The position numbers and the translations under genes were made by a program. Source: Eledone cirrhosa (taxonomy: Eukaryota). From it: 64,000 bases of DNA. Below the pieces are notes generated by a model. That model was given only the letters and a program-made list of their open reading frames with translations, was not told where the DNA came from and made no database searches. The stretch is from assembly GCA_964016885.1 (NCBI GenBank), contig OZ024740.1, positions 251,534,001 through 251,598,000 of the forward strand, given 5' to 3'. Every line of letters starts with the position of its first letter. Within the stretch, counting starts at the first letter, position 1. Shown here in pieces: positions 1 through 12,499 of this stretch.

Positions 1-106
1 CTGGAAATTATCTCCCCTTGGACGGCTAGAAATTACCTCTCCTTGGACGGCTGAAAATTATCTCCCCTTGGACGGCTGCAAATTATCTCCCCTTGATTTT
101 TTTTAC

Positions 107-133
107 AAATTATCTCCCCCTGATTTTTTTTAC
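107..133 (+). repeat. Reference copy of monomer B (27 bp with T8) AAATTATCTCCCCCTGATTTTTTTTAC
   Basis: Read directly; T-run is mostly 7-11 nt; occurs in runs of 1 to about 22. Confidence 0.98.
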
Positions 134-189
134 AAATTATCTCCCCCTGATTTTTTTTACAAATTATCTCCCCCTGATTTTTAAAAAAA

Positions 190-288
190 AAATTATCTCC
201 CCTTCGCTGGCTGGAAATTATCTCCCCTTGGACGCTGGAAATTATAGCCCCTTGGAGGGCTGGAAATTATCTTCCCTTGGACGGCTGG
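190..288 (+). repeat. Cassette X: fixed 4-monomer A block (CTTCGCTGGCTGG / 24-bp GACGCTGG / TTATAGCCCC..GAGGGCTGG / TCTTCCC..GACGGCTGG)
   Basis: Same ordered variants recur across the window (e.g. ~1.12k, 2.83k, 3.41k, 63.93k); roughly 60 copies of the TATAGCCCC marker counted by eye. Confidence 0.93.
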
Positions 289-478
289 AAATTATCTTCC
301 CTTGGACGGCTGGAAATTATCTCCCCTTGATTTTTTTTACAAATTATCTCCCCCTGATTTTTTTTTACAAATTATCTCCCCCTGATTTTTTTTTACAAAT
401 TATCTCCCCCTGATTTTTTTTTTACAAATTATCTCCGCTTGATTTTTTAAAAAAAATTATCTCCCCTTGGACGGCTGG

Positions 479-503
479 AAATTATCTCCCCTTGGACGGC
501 TGG
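479..503 (+). repeat. Reference copy of monomer A (25 bp) AAATTATCTCCCCTTGGACGGCTGG
   Basis: Read directly; occurs in runs of about 2-10 throughout the window. Confidence 0.98.
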
Positions 504-1604
504 AAATTATCTCCCCTTGGACGGCTAGAAATTATCTCTCCTTGGACGGCTGAAAATTATCTCCCCTTGGACGGCTGCAAATTATCTCCCCTTGATTTTT
601 TTTACAAATTATCTCCCCCTGATTTTTTTTTACAAATTATCTCCCCCTGATTTTTTTTTACAAATTATCTACCCCTGATTTTTTTTACAAATTATCTCCC
701 CCTGATTTTTTTTACAAATTATCTCCCCCTGATTTTTCTTTTACAAATTATCTCCCCCTGATTTTTTTACAAATTATCTCCCCCTGATTTTTTTTACAAA
801 TTATCTCCGCCTGATTTTTTTAAATATTATCTTCCCTTGGCTGGCGGGAAATTATCTCCCCTTGGACGGCTGGAAATTATCTGCCCTTGATTTTTCTTTT
901 ACAAATTATCTTCCACTGATTTTTTATACAAATTATCTCCACCTGATTTTTTAAAAAATTATCTCCCCTTGGAAGGCTGGAAATTATCTCCCCTTGGACG
1001 GCTAGAAATTATCTCTCTTTGGACGGCTGGAAATTATCTCCCCTTGATTTTTTTTACAAATTATCTCCCCCTGATTTTCTTTACAAATATCCCAGTGATT
1101 TTTTTTAAAAAATTATCTCCCCTTCGCTGGCTGGAAATTATCTCCCCTTGGACGCTGGAAATTATAGCCCCTTGGAGGGCTGGAAATTATCTTCCCTTGG
1201 ACGGCTGGAAATTATCTCCCCTTGATTTTTTTTACAAATTATCTCCCCCTGATTTTTTTTTACAAATTATCTCCCCCTGATTTTTTTTACAAATTATCTC
1301 CCCCTGATTTTTTTTTACAACTTATCTCCGCCTGATTTTTTTTTAAAAATCATCTCCCCTTGGACGGCTGGAAATTATCTCCCCTTGGACGGCTGGAAAT
1401 TATCTCCCCTTGGACGGCTGGAAATTATCTCTCCTTGGACGGCTAGAAATTACCTCTCCTTGGACGGCTGAAAATTATCTCCCCTTGGACGGCTGGAAAT
1501 TATCTCCCCTTGATTTTTTTTACAAATTATCTCCCCCTGATTTTTTTGTACAAATTATCTCCCCCTGATTTTTTTTACAAATTATCTCCCCCTGATTTTT
1601 TTAC

Positions 1605-1853
1605 AAATTATCTCCCCTTGGCTGGCTGGAAATTATCTCCCCTTGGAGGCAGGAATTTATCTCCCCTTGGACGGCTAGAAATTACCTCTCCTTGGACGGC
1701 TGGAAAATATGTCTCCTTGGACGGCTGGAAATTATCTCCCCTTGGACGGCTGGAAATTATCTCCCCTTGGACGGCTGGAAATTATCTCCCCTTGGACGGC
1801 TAGAAATTACCTCTCCTTGGACGGCTGAAAATTATCTCCCCTTGGACGGCTGG
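1605..1853 (+). repeat. Cassette W: long A block (GGCTGGCTGG / GGAGGC(A/T)GGAATTT / GCTAG / GGAAAATATGTCTCC ...)
   Basis: Recurs at ~9.6k, 13.5k, 15.2k, 16.2k, 17.6k, 19.2k, 20.3k, 23.1k, 24.2k, 25.6k, 27.2k, 28.0k, 42.3k, 52.3k, 55.2k, 56.3k, 57.7k, 59.7k, 61.3k and 62.1k. Confidence 0.9.
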
Positions 1854-2563
1854 AAATTATCTCCCCTTGATTTTTTTACAAATTATCTCCCCCTGATTTT
1901 TTTTTACAAATTATCTCCCCCTGATTTTTTTTTACAAATTATCTCCCACTGATTTTTTTTTACAAATTATCTCCCCCTGATTTTTTTTTTACAAATTATC
2001 TCCGCCTGATTTTTTTAAAAAAATTATCTCCCCTTGGACGGCTGGAAATTACCTCTCCTTGGACGGCTGAAAATTATCTCCCCTTGGACGGCTGCAAATT
2101 ATCTCCCCTTGATTTTTTTTACAAATTATCTCCCCCTGATTTTTTTTACAAATTATCTCCCCCTGATTTTTTTTACAAATTATCTCCCCCTGATTTTTTT
2201 TTACAAATTATCTCCCCCTGATTTTTTTTTACAAATTATCTCCCCCTGATTTTTTTTACAAATTATCTCCCCCTGATTTTTTTTACAAATTATCTCCCCC
2301 TGATTTTTTTTTACAAATTATCTCCCCTTGATTTTTTTTTACAAATTATCTGCCCCTGATTTTTTTTTTACAAATTATCTCCCCCTGATTTTTTTACAAA
2401 TTATCTCCCCCTGATTTTTTTTACAAATTATCTCCCGCTGATTTTTTTTTACAAATTATCTCCCCTTGATTTTTTTTTACAAATTATCTCCCCTTGATTT
2501 TTTTTTACAAATTATCTCCCCCTGATTTTTTTTTTACAAATTATCTCCCCCTGATTTTTTTAA

Positions 2564-2688
2564 AAATTATCTTCCCTTGGCTGGCGGGAAATTATCTCCC
2601 CTTGGACGGCTGGAAATTATCTCCCCTTGGAAGGATGTAAATTATCTCCCCTTGGACGGCTGGAAATTATCTCCCCTTGCACGGCTGG
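2564..2688 (+). repeat. Cassette Z: 5-monomer A block (CTTCCC..GGCTGGCGGG / A / GAAGGATG(T/G) / A / GCACGGCTGG)
   Basis: Ordered variants recur at ~4.24k, 5.7k, 6.6k, 7.55k, 32.6k, 34.3k, 35.7k, 36.9k, 38.4k and elsewhere. Confidence 0.92.
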
Positions 2689-3693
2689 AAATTATCTCCC
2701 CTTGATTTTTTTTACAAATTATCTCCCCCTGATTTTTTTTTACAAATTATCTCCCCCTGATTTTTTTTTACAAATTATCTCCCCCTGATTTTTTTTACAA
2801 ATTATCTCCCCCTGATTTAAAAAAAAAAAATTATCTCCCCTTCGCTGGCTGGAAATTATCTCCCCTTGGACGCTGGAAATTATAGCCCCTTGGAGGGCTG
2901 GAAATTATCTTCCCTTGGACGGCTGGAAATTATCTTCCCTTGGACGGCTGGAAATTATCTCCCCTTGATTTTTTTTACAAATTATCTCCCCCTGATTTTT
3001 TTTTACAAATTATCTCCCCCTGATTTTTTTTACAAATTATCTACCCCTGATTTTTTTTACAAATTATCTCCCCCTGATTTTTTTTTACAAATTATCTCCC
3101 TCTGATTTTTTTTTACAAATTATCTCCCCCTGATTTTTTTTTTACAAATTATCTCCCCCTGATTTTTTTACAAATTATCTCCCCCTGATTTTTTTTACAA
3201 TCTCCGCCTGATTTTTTAAAAAATTATCTTCCCTTGGCTGGCGGGAAATTATCTCCCCTTGGACGGCTGGAAATTATCTCCCCTTGGACGGCTAGAAATT
3301 ATCTCTCTTTGGACGGCTGGAAATTATCTCCCCTTGATTTTTTTTACAAATTATCTCCCCCTGATTTTTTTTACAAATTATCCCCGCATGATTTTTAAAA
3401 AAAAAATTATCTCCCCTTCGCTGGCTGGAAATTATCTCCCCTTGGACGCTGGAAATTATAGCCCCTTGGAGGGCTGGAAATTATCTTCCCTTGGACGGCT
3501 GGAAATTATCTCCCCTTGATTTTTTTTACAAATTATCTCCCCCTGATTTTTTTTTACAAATTATCTCCCCCTGATTTTTTTTTACAAATTATCTCCCCCT
3601 GATTTTTTTTTTTACAAATTATCTCCGCCTGATTTTTAAAAAAAAATTATCTCCCCTTGGACGGGTGGAAATTATCTCCCCTTGGACGGCTGG

Positions 3694-3768
3694 AAATTAT
3701 CTCCCCTTGGACGGCTAGAAATTACCTCTCCTTGGACGGCTGAAAATTATCTCCCCTTGGACGGCTGC
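3694..3768 (+). repeat. Cassette Y: A monomers ending ..GCTAG, ..GCTGA, ..GCTGC in fixed order, with a TTA(C/T)CTCTCC core variant
   Basis: Seen at 5-79, ~504-578, ~5.18k, 10.8k, 11.55k, 21.4k, 29.2k, 32.1k, 63.45k and elsewhere; normally closes an A-run before a B-run. Confidence 0.92.
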
Positions 3769-6700
3769 AAATTATCTCCCCTTGATTTTTTTTACAAATT
3801 ATCTCCCCCTGATTTTTTTTACAAATTATCTCCCCCTGATTTTTTTTACAAATTATCTCCCCCTGATTTTTTTTTACAAATTATCTCCCCCTGATTTTTT
3901 TTTACAAATTATCTCCCCCTGATTTTTTTTACAAATTATCTCCCCCTGATTTTTTTTACAAATTATCTCCCCCTGATTTTTTTTTACAAATTATCTCCCC
4001 TTGATTTTTTTTTACAAATTATCTCCCCCTGATTTTTTTTTTACAAATTATCTCCCCCTGATTTTTTTACAAATTATCTCCCCCTGATTTTTTTTACAAA
4101 TTATCTCCCCCTGATTTTTTTTACAAATTATCTCCCCTTGATTTTTCTTTACAAATTATCTCCCCTTGATTTTTTTTTACAAATTATCTCCCCCTGATTT
4201 TTTTTTTACAAATTATCTCCCCCTGATTTTTTTAAAAATTATCTTCCCTTGGCTGGCGGGAAATTATCTCCCCTTGGACGGCTGGAAATTATCTCCCCTT
4301 GGAAGGATGTAAATTATCTCCCCTTGGACGGCTGGAAATTATCTCCCCTTGCACGGCTGGAAATTATCTCCCCTTGATTTTTTTTACAAATTATCTCCCC
4401 CTGATTTTTTTTACAAATTATCTCCCCCTGATTTTTTTTTACAAATTATCTCCCCCTGATTTTTTTTACAAATTATCTCCCCCTGATTTTTAAAAAAAAA
4501 ATTATCTCCCCTTCGCTGGCTGGAAATTATCTCCCCTTGGACGCTGGAAATTATAGCCCCTTGGAGGGCTGGAAATTATCTTCCCTTGGACGGCTGGAAA
4601 TTATCTTCCCTTGGACGGCTGGAAATTATCTCCCCTTGATTTTTTTTACAAATTATCTCCCCCTGATTTTTTTTTACAAATTATCTCCCCCTGATTTTTT
4701 TTACAAATTATCTACCCCTGATTTTTTTTACAAATTATCTCCCCCTGATTTTTTTTTACAAATTATCTCCCTCTGATTTTTTTTTACAAATTATCTCCCC
4801 CTGATTTTTTTTTTACAAATTATCTCCCCCTGATTTTTTTACAAATTATCTCCCCCTGATTTTTTTTACAATCTCCGCCTGATTTTTTAAAAAATTATCT
4901 CCCCTTCGCTGGCTGGAAATTATCTCCCCTTGGACGCTGGAAATTATAGCCCCTTGGAGGGCTGGAAATTATCTTCCCTTGGACGGCTGGAAATTATCTC
5001 CCCTTGATTTTTTTTACAAATTATCTCCCCCTGATTTTTTTTTACAAATTATCTCCCCCTGATTTTTTTTTACAAATTATCTCCCCCTGATTTTTTTTTT
5101 TACAAATTATCTCCGCCTGATTTTTAAAAAAAAATTATCTCCCCTTGGACGGCTGGAAATTATCTCCCCTTGGACGGCTGGAAATTATCTCCCCTTGGAC
5201 GGCTAGAAATTACCTCTCCTTGGACGGCTGAAAATTATCTCCCCTTGGACGGCTGCAAATTATCTCCCCTTGATTTTTTTTACAAATTATCTCCCCCTGA
5301 TTTTTTTTACAAATTATCTCCCCCTGATTTTTTTTACAAATTATCTCCCCCTGATTTTTTTTTACAAATTATCTCCCCCTGATTTTTTTTTACAAATTAT
5401 CTCCCCCTGATTTTTTTTACAAATTATCTCCCCCTGATTTTTTTTACAAATTATCTCCCCCTGATTTTTTTTTACAAATTATCTCCCCTTGATTTTTTTT
5501 TACAAATTATCTCCCCCTGATTTTTTTTTTACAAATTATCTCCCCCTGATTTTTTTACAAATTATCTCCCCCTGATTTTTTTTACAAATTATCTCCCCCT
5601 GATTTTTTTTACAAATTATCTCCCCTTGATTTTTTTTTACAAATTATCTCCCCCTGATTTTTTTTTTACAAATTATCTCCCCCTGATTTTTTTAAAAATT
5701 ATCTTCCCTTGGCTGGCGGGAAATTATCTCCCCTTGGACGGCTGGAAATTATCTCCCCTTGGAAGGATGTAAATTATCTCCCCTTGGACGGCTGGAAATT
5801 ATCTCCCCTTGCACGGCTGGAAATTATCTCCCCTTGATTTTTTTTACAAATTATCTCCCCCTGATTTTTTTTTACAAATTATCTCCCCCTGATTTTTTTT
5901 TACAAATTATCTCCCCCTGATTTTTTTTACAAATTATCTCCCCCTGATTTAAAAAAAAAAAATTATCTCCCCTTCGCTGGCTGGAAATTATCTCCCCTTG
6001 GACGCTGGAAATTATAGCCCCTTGGAGGGCTGGAAATTATCTTCCCTTGGACGGCTGGAAATTATCTTCCCTTGGACGGCTGGAAATTATCTCCCCTTGA
6101 TTTTTTTTACAAATTATCTCCCCCTGATTTTTTTTTACAAATTATCTCCCCCTGATTTTTTTTTACAAATTATCTCCCCCTGATTTTTTTTTTACAAATT
6201 ATCTCCGCTTGATTTTTTAAAAAAAATTATCTCCCCTTGGACGGCTGGAAATTATCTCCCCTTGGACGGCTAGAAATTATCTCTCCTTGGACGGCTGAAA
6301 ATTATCTCCCCTTGGACGGCTGCAAATTATCTCCCCTTGATTTTTTTTACAAATTATCTCCCCCTGATTTTTTTTTACAAATTATCTCCCCCTGATTTTT
6401 TTTTACAAATTATCTCCCCTTGATTTTTTTTTACAAATTATCTCCCCCTGATTTTTTTTTTACAAATTATCTCCCCCTGATTTTTTTACAAATTATCTCC
6501 CCCTGATTTTTTTTACAAATTATCTCCCCCTGATTTTTTTTACAAATTATCTCCCCTTGATTTTTTTTTACAAATTATCTCCCCCTGATTTTTTTTTTAC
6601 AAATTATCTCCCCCTGATTTTTTTAAAAATTATCTTCCCTTGGCTGGCGGGAAATTATCTCCCCTTGGACGGCTGGAAATTATCTCCCCTTGGAAGGATG

Positions 6701-9700
6701 TAAATTATCTCCCCTTGGACGGCTGGAAATTATCTCCCCTTGCACGGCTGGAAATTATCTCCCCTTGATTTTTTTTACAAATTATCTCCCCCTGATTTTT
6801 TTTTACAAATTATCTCCCCCTGATTTTTTTTTACAAATTATCTCCCCCTGATTTTTTTTACAAATTATCTCCCCCTGATTTTTAAAAAAAAAATTATCTC
6901 CCCTTCGCTGGCTGGAAATTATCTCCCCTTGGACGCTGGAAATTATAGCCCCTTGGAGGGCTGGAAATTATCTTCCCTTGGACGGCTGGAAATTATCTTC
7001 CCTTGGACGGCTGGAAATTATCTCCCCTTGATTTTTTTTACAAATTATCTCCCCCTGATTTTTTTTTACAAATTATCTCCCCCTGATTTTTTTTTACAAA
7101 TTATCTCCCCCTGATTTTTTTTTTACAAATTATCTCCGCTTGATTTTTTAAAAAAAATTATCTCCCCTTGGACGGCTGGAAATTATCTCCCCTTGGACGG
7201 CTGGAAATTATCTCCCCTTGGACGGCTAGAAATTATCTCTCCTTGGACGGCTGAAAATTATCTCCCCTTGGACGGCTGCAAATTATCTCCCCTTTATTTT
7301 TTTTACAAATTATCTCCCCCTGATTTTTTTTTACAAATTATCTCCCCCTCATTTTTTTACAAATTATCTACCCCTGATTTTTTTTACAAATTATCTCCCC
7401 CTGATTTTTTTTTACAAATTATCTCCCTCTGATTTTTTTTACAAATTATCTCCCCCTGATTTTTTTTTTACAAATTATCTCCCCCTGATTTTTTTAAAAA
7501 TTATCTCCCCCTGATTTTTTTACAATCTCCGCCTGATTTTTTTAAAAATTATCTTCCCTTGGCTGGCGGGAAATTATCTCCCCTTGGACGGCTGGAAATT
7601 ATCTCCCCTTGGAAGGATGGAAATTATCTCCCCTTGGACGGCTGGATATTATCTCCCCTTGCACGGCTGGAAATTATCTCCCCTTGGCTGGAAATTATCT
7701 CCCCTTGGACGGCTAGAAATTATCTCTCTTTGGACGGCTGGAAATTATCTCCCTTTGATTTTTTTTACAAATTATCTCCCTCTGATATTTTTTACAAATC
7801 TCCCCCTGATTTTTTAAAAAAAATTATCTCCCCTTCGCTGGCTGGAAATTATCTCCCCTTGGACACTGGAAATTATAGCCCCTTGGAGGGCTGGAAATTA
7901 TCTTCCCTTGGACGGCTGGAAATTATCTCCCCTTGATTTTTTTTACAAATTATCTCCGCCTGATTTTTTTTAAAAATTATCTCTCCTTGGACGGCTGGAA
8001 ATTATCTCCCCTTGATTTTTTTTACAAATTATCTCCCCCTGATTTTTTTTACAAATTATCTCCCCCTGATTTTTTTTTACAAATTATCTACCACTGATTT
8101 TTTTTACAAATTATCTCCCCCTGATTTTTTTTACAAATTATCTCCCCCTGATTTTTCTTTTACAAATTATCTCCCCCTGATTTTTTTACAAATTATCTCC
8201 CCCTGATTTTTTTTACAAATTATCTCCGCCTGATTTTTTTAAATATTATCTTCCCTTGGCTGGCGGGAAATTATCTCCCCTTGGACGGCTGGAAATTATC
8301 TGCCCTTGATTTTGTTTTTACAAATTATCTTCCACTGATTTTTTTTACAAATTATCTCCACCTGATTTTTTAAAAAATTATCTCCCCTTGGAAGGCTGGA
8401 AATTATCTCCCCTTGGACGGCTAGAAATTATCTCTCTTTGGACGGCTGGAAATTATCTCCCCTTGATTTTTTTTACAAATTATCTCCCCCTGATTTTTTT
8501 TACAAATATCCCAGTGATTTTTTTTAAAAAATTATCTCCCCTTCGCTGGCTGGAAATTATCTCCCCTTGGACGCTGGAAATTATAGCCCCTTGGAGGGCT
8601 GGAAATTATCTTCCCTTGGACGGCTGGAAATTATCTCCCCTTGATTTTTTTTACAAATTATCTCCCCCTGATTTTTTTTTACAAATTATCTCCCCCTGAT
8701 TTTTTTTTACAAATTATCTCCCCCTGATTTTTTTTACAACTTATCTCCGCCTGATTTTTTTTAAAAAATCATCTCCCCTTGGACGGCTGGAAATTATCTC
8801 CCCTTGGACGGCTGGAAATTATCTCCCCTTGATTTTTTTACAAATTATCTCCCCCTGATTTTTTTTTACAAATTATCTCCCCCTGATTTTTTTTACAAAT
8901 TATCTCCCCCTGATTTTTTTTACAAATTATCTCCCCCTGATTTTTTTTACAAATTATCTCCGCCTGATTTTTTTAAATATTATCTCTCCTTGGCTGGCGG
9001 GAAATTATCTCCCCTTGGACGGCTGCAAATTATCTCCGCTTGATTTTTTTTACAAATTATCTCCCCCTGATTTTTTTTTAAAAATTATCTCCCCCTGATT
9101 TTTTTTACAAATTATCTCCCCTGATTTTTTTTTACAAATTATCTCCCCCTGATTTTTTTTTACAAATTATCTCCCCCTGATTTTTTTTTTACAAATTATC
9201 TCCCCCTGATTTTTTTACAAATTATCTCCCCCTGATTTTTTTTACAATCTCCGCCTGATTTTTTTAAAAATTATCTTCCCTTGGCTGGCGGGAAATTATC
9301 TCCCCTTGGACGGCTGGAAATTATCTCCCCTTGGAAGGATGGAAATTATCTCCCCTTGGACGGCTGGAAATTATCTCCCCTTGCACGGCTGGAAATTATC
9401 TCCCCTTGGCTGGAAATTATCTCCCCTTGGACGGCTAGAAATTATCTCTCTTTGGATGGCTGGAAATTATCTCCCTTTGATTTTTTTTACAAATTATCTC
9501 CCTCTGATTTTTTTTACAAATCTCCCCCTGATTTTTTTTTACAAATTATCTCCCCCTGATTTTTTTTACAAACTATCTCCCCCTGATTTTTTTACAAATT
9601 ATCTCCCCTTGGCTGGCTGGAAATTATCTCCCCTTGGAGGCTGGAATTTATCTCCCCTTGGACGGCTAGAAATTACCTCTCCTTGGACGGCTGGAAAATA

Positions 9701-12499
9701 TGTCTCCTTGGACGGCTGGAAATTATCTCCCCTTGGACGGCTGGAAATTACCTCTCCTTGGACGGCTGAAAATTATCTCCCCTTGGACGGCTGGAAATTA
9801 TCTCCCCTTGCACTGCTGGAAATTATCTCCCCTTGGACGGCTGGAAATTATCTGCCCTTGATTTTGTTTTTACAAATTATCTTCCCCTGATTATTTTTAC
9901 AAATTATCTCCACCTGATTTTTTAAAAAATTATCTCCCCTTGGACGGCTGGAAATTATCTCCCCTTGGCTGGAAATTATCTCCCCTTGGACGGCTAGAAA
10001 TTATCTCTCTTTGGACGGCTGGAAATTATCTCCCCTTGATTTTTTTTACAAATTATCTCCCCCTGATTTTTTTTACAAATTATCCCCCCATGATTTTTAA
10101 AAAAAAAATTATCTCCCCTTCGCTGGCTGGAAATTATCTCCCCTTGGACGCTGGAAATTATAGCCCCTTGGAGGGCTGGAAATTATCTTCCCTTGGACGG
10201 CTGGAAATTATCTCCCCTTGATTTTTTTTACAAATTATCTCCCCCTGATTTTTTTTAACAAATTATCTCCCCCTGATTTTTTTTTTACAAATTATCTCCG
10301 CCTGATTTTTTTAAAAAAATTATCTCCCCTTGGACGGCTGGAAATTATCTCCCCTTGGACGGCTGGAAATTATCTCCCGTTGGACGGCTAGAAATTACCT
10401 CTCCTTGGACGGCTGAAAATTATCTCCCCTTGGACGGCTGCAAATTATCTCCCCTTGATTTTTTTTACAAATTATCCCCCCATGATTTTTAAAAAAAAAA
10501 TTATCTCCCCTTCGCTGGCTGGAAATTATCTCCCCTTGGACGCTGGAAATTATAGCCCCTTGGAGGGCTGGAAATTATCTTCCCTTGGACGGCTGGAAAT
10601 TATCTCCCCTTGATTTTTTTTACAAATTATCTCCCTCTGATTTTTTTTTACAAATTATCTCCCACTGATTTTTTTTTACAAATTATCTCCCCCTGATTTT
10701 TTTTTTACAAATTATCTCCGCGTGATTTTTTTAAAAAAATTATCTCCCCTTGGACGGCTGGAAATTATCTCCCCTTGGACGGCTGGAAATTATCTCGCCT
10801 TGGACGGCTAGAAATTACCTCTCCTTGGACGGCTGAAAATTATCTCCCCTTGGACGGCTGCAAATTATCTCCTCTTGATTTTTTTTACAAATTATCTCCC
10901 CCTGATTTTTTTTACAAATTATCTCCCCCTGATTTTTTTTACAAATTATCTCCCCCTGATTTTTTTTCCAAATTATCTCCCCCTGATTTTTTTTACAAAT
11001 TATCTCCCCCTGATTTTTTTTACAAATTATCTCCCCCTGATTTTTTTTACAATCTCCGCCTGATTTTTTAAAAAATTATCTTCCCTTGGCTGGCGGGAAA
11101 TTATCTCCCCTTGGACGGCTGGAAATTATCTCCCCTTGGACGGCTAGAAATTATCTCTCTTTGGACGGCTGGAAATTATCTCCCCTTGATTTTTTTTACA
11201 AATTATCTCCCCCTGATTTTTTTTACAAATTATCCCCGCATGATTTTAAAAAAAAAAATTATCTCCCCTTCGCTGGCTGGAAATTATCTCCCCTTGGACG
11301 CTGGAAATTATAGCCCCTTGGAGGGCTGGAAATTATCTTCCCTTGGACGGCTGGAAATTATCTCCCCTTAATTTTTTTTACAAATTATCTCCCCCTGATT
11401 TTTTTTTACAAATTATCTCCCCCTGATTTTTTTTTACAAATTATCTCCCCCTGATTTTTTTTTTACAAATTATCTCCGCCTGATTTTTTAAAAAAAATTA
11501 TCTCCCCTTGGACGGCTGGAAATTATCTCCCCTTGGACGGCTGGAAATTATCTCCCCTTGGACGGCTAGAAATTACCTCTCCTTGGACGGCTGAAAATTA
11601 TCTCCCCTTGGACGGCTGCAAATTATCTCCCCTTGATTTTTTTTACAAATTATCTCCCCCTGATTTTTTTTACAAATTATCTCCCCCTGATTTTTTTTAC
11701 AAATTATCTCCCCCTGATTTTTTTTTACAAATTATCTCCCCCTGATTTTTTTTTACAAATTAACTCCCCCTGATTTTTTTTACAAATTATCTACCCCTGA
11801 TTTTTTTTTACAAATTATCTCCCCCTGATTTTTTTTACAAATTATCTCCCCCTGATTTTTTTTACAAATTATCTCCGCCTGATTTTTTTTAATATTATCT
11901 CTCCTTGGCTGGCGGGAAATTATCTATCCTTGGACGGCTGGAAATTATCTCCCCTTGGAAGGTTGGAAATTATCTCCCCTTGGACGGCTGGAAATTATCT
12001 CCCCTTGCACTGCTGGAAATTATCTCCCCTTGGACGGCTGGAAATTATCTGCCCTTGATTTTGTTTTTACAAATTATCTTCCCCTGATTATTTTTACAAA
12101 TTATCTCCATCTGATTTTTTTAAAAATTATCTCCCCTTGGACGGCTGGAAATTATCTCCCCTTGGCTGGAAATTATCTCCCCTTGATTTTTTTTACAAAT
12201 TATCTCCCCCTGATTTTTTTTACAAATTATCTCCCCCTGATTTTTAAAAAAAAAATTATCTCCCCTTGGACGCTGGAAATTATAGCCCCTTGGAGGCCTG
12301 GAAATTATCTTCCCTTGGACGGCTGGAAATTATCTTCCCTTGGACGGCTGGAAATTATCTCCCCTTGATTTTTTTTACAAATTATCTCCCCCTGATTTTT
12401 TTTTACAAATTATCTCCCCCTGATTTTTTTTATACAAATTATCTCCGCCTGATTTTTTTAAAAAAATTATCTCCCCTTGGACGGCTGGAAATTATCTCC

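Larger units (their letters stand above)
2050..10370 (+). repeat. Higher-order block duplicated at ~32.1-43.0 kb
   Basis: Identical ORF strings at offsets 30,034 (2866/32900; 3682/33716), 30,010 (5998/36008), 32,705 (4537/37242; 7559/40264; 8012/40717) and 32,676 (9306/41982; 9940/42616). Rare variant GACGGGTGG at 3660 and 33694. Confidence 0.88.

Noticed and set aside
107-133. Intrinsic terminators, poly(A) tails of retroposed elements, or 10-bp phased A-tract clusters
   Set aside because: T-runs lack a preceding GC hairpin, are integral to the monomer with no target-site duplications, and recur at ~27 bp rather than in ~10-bp phase.
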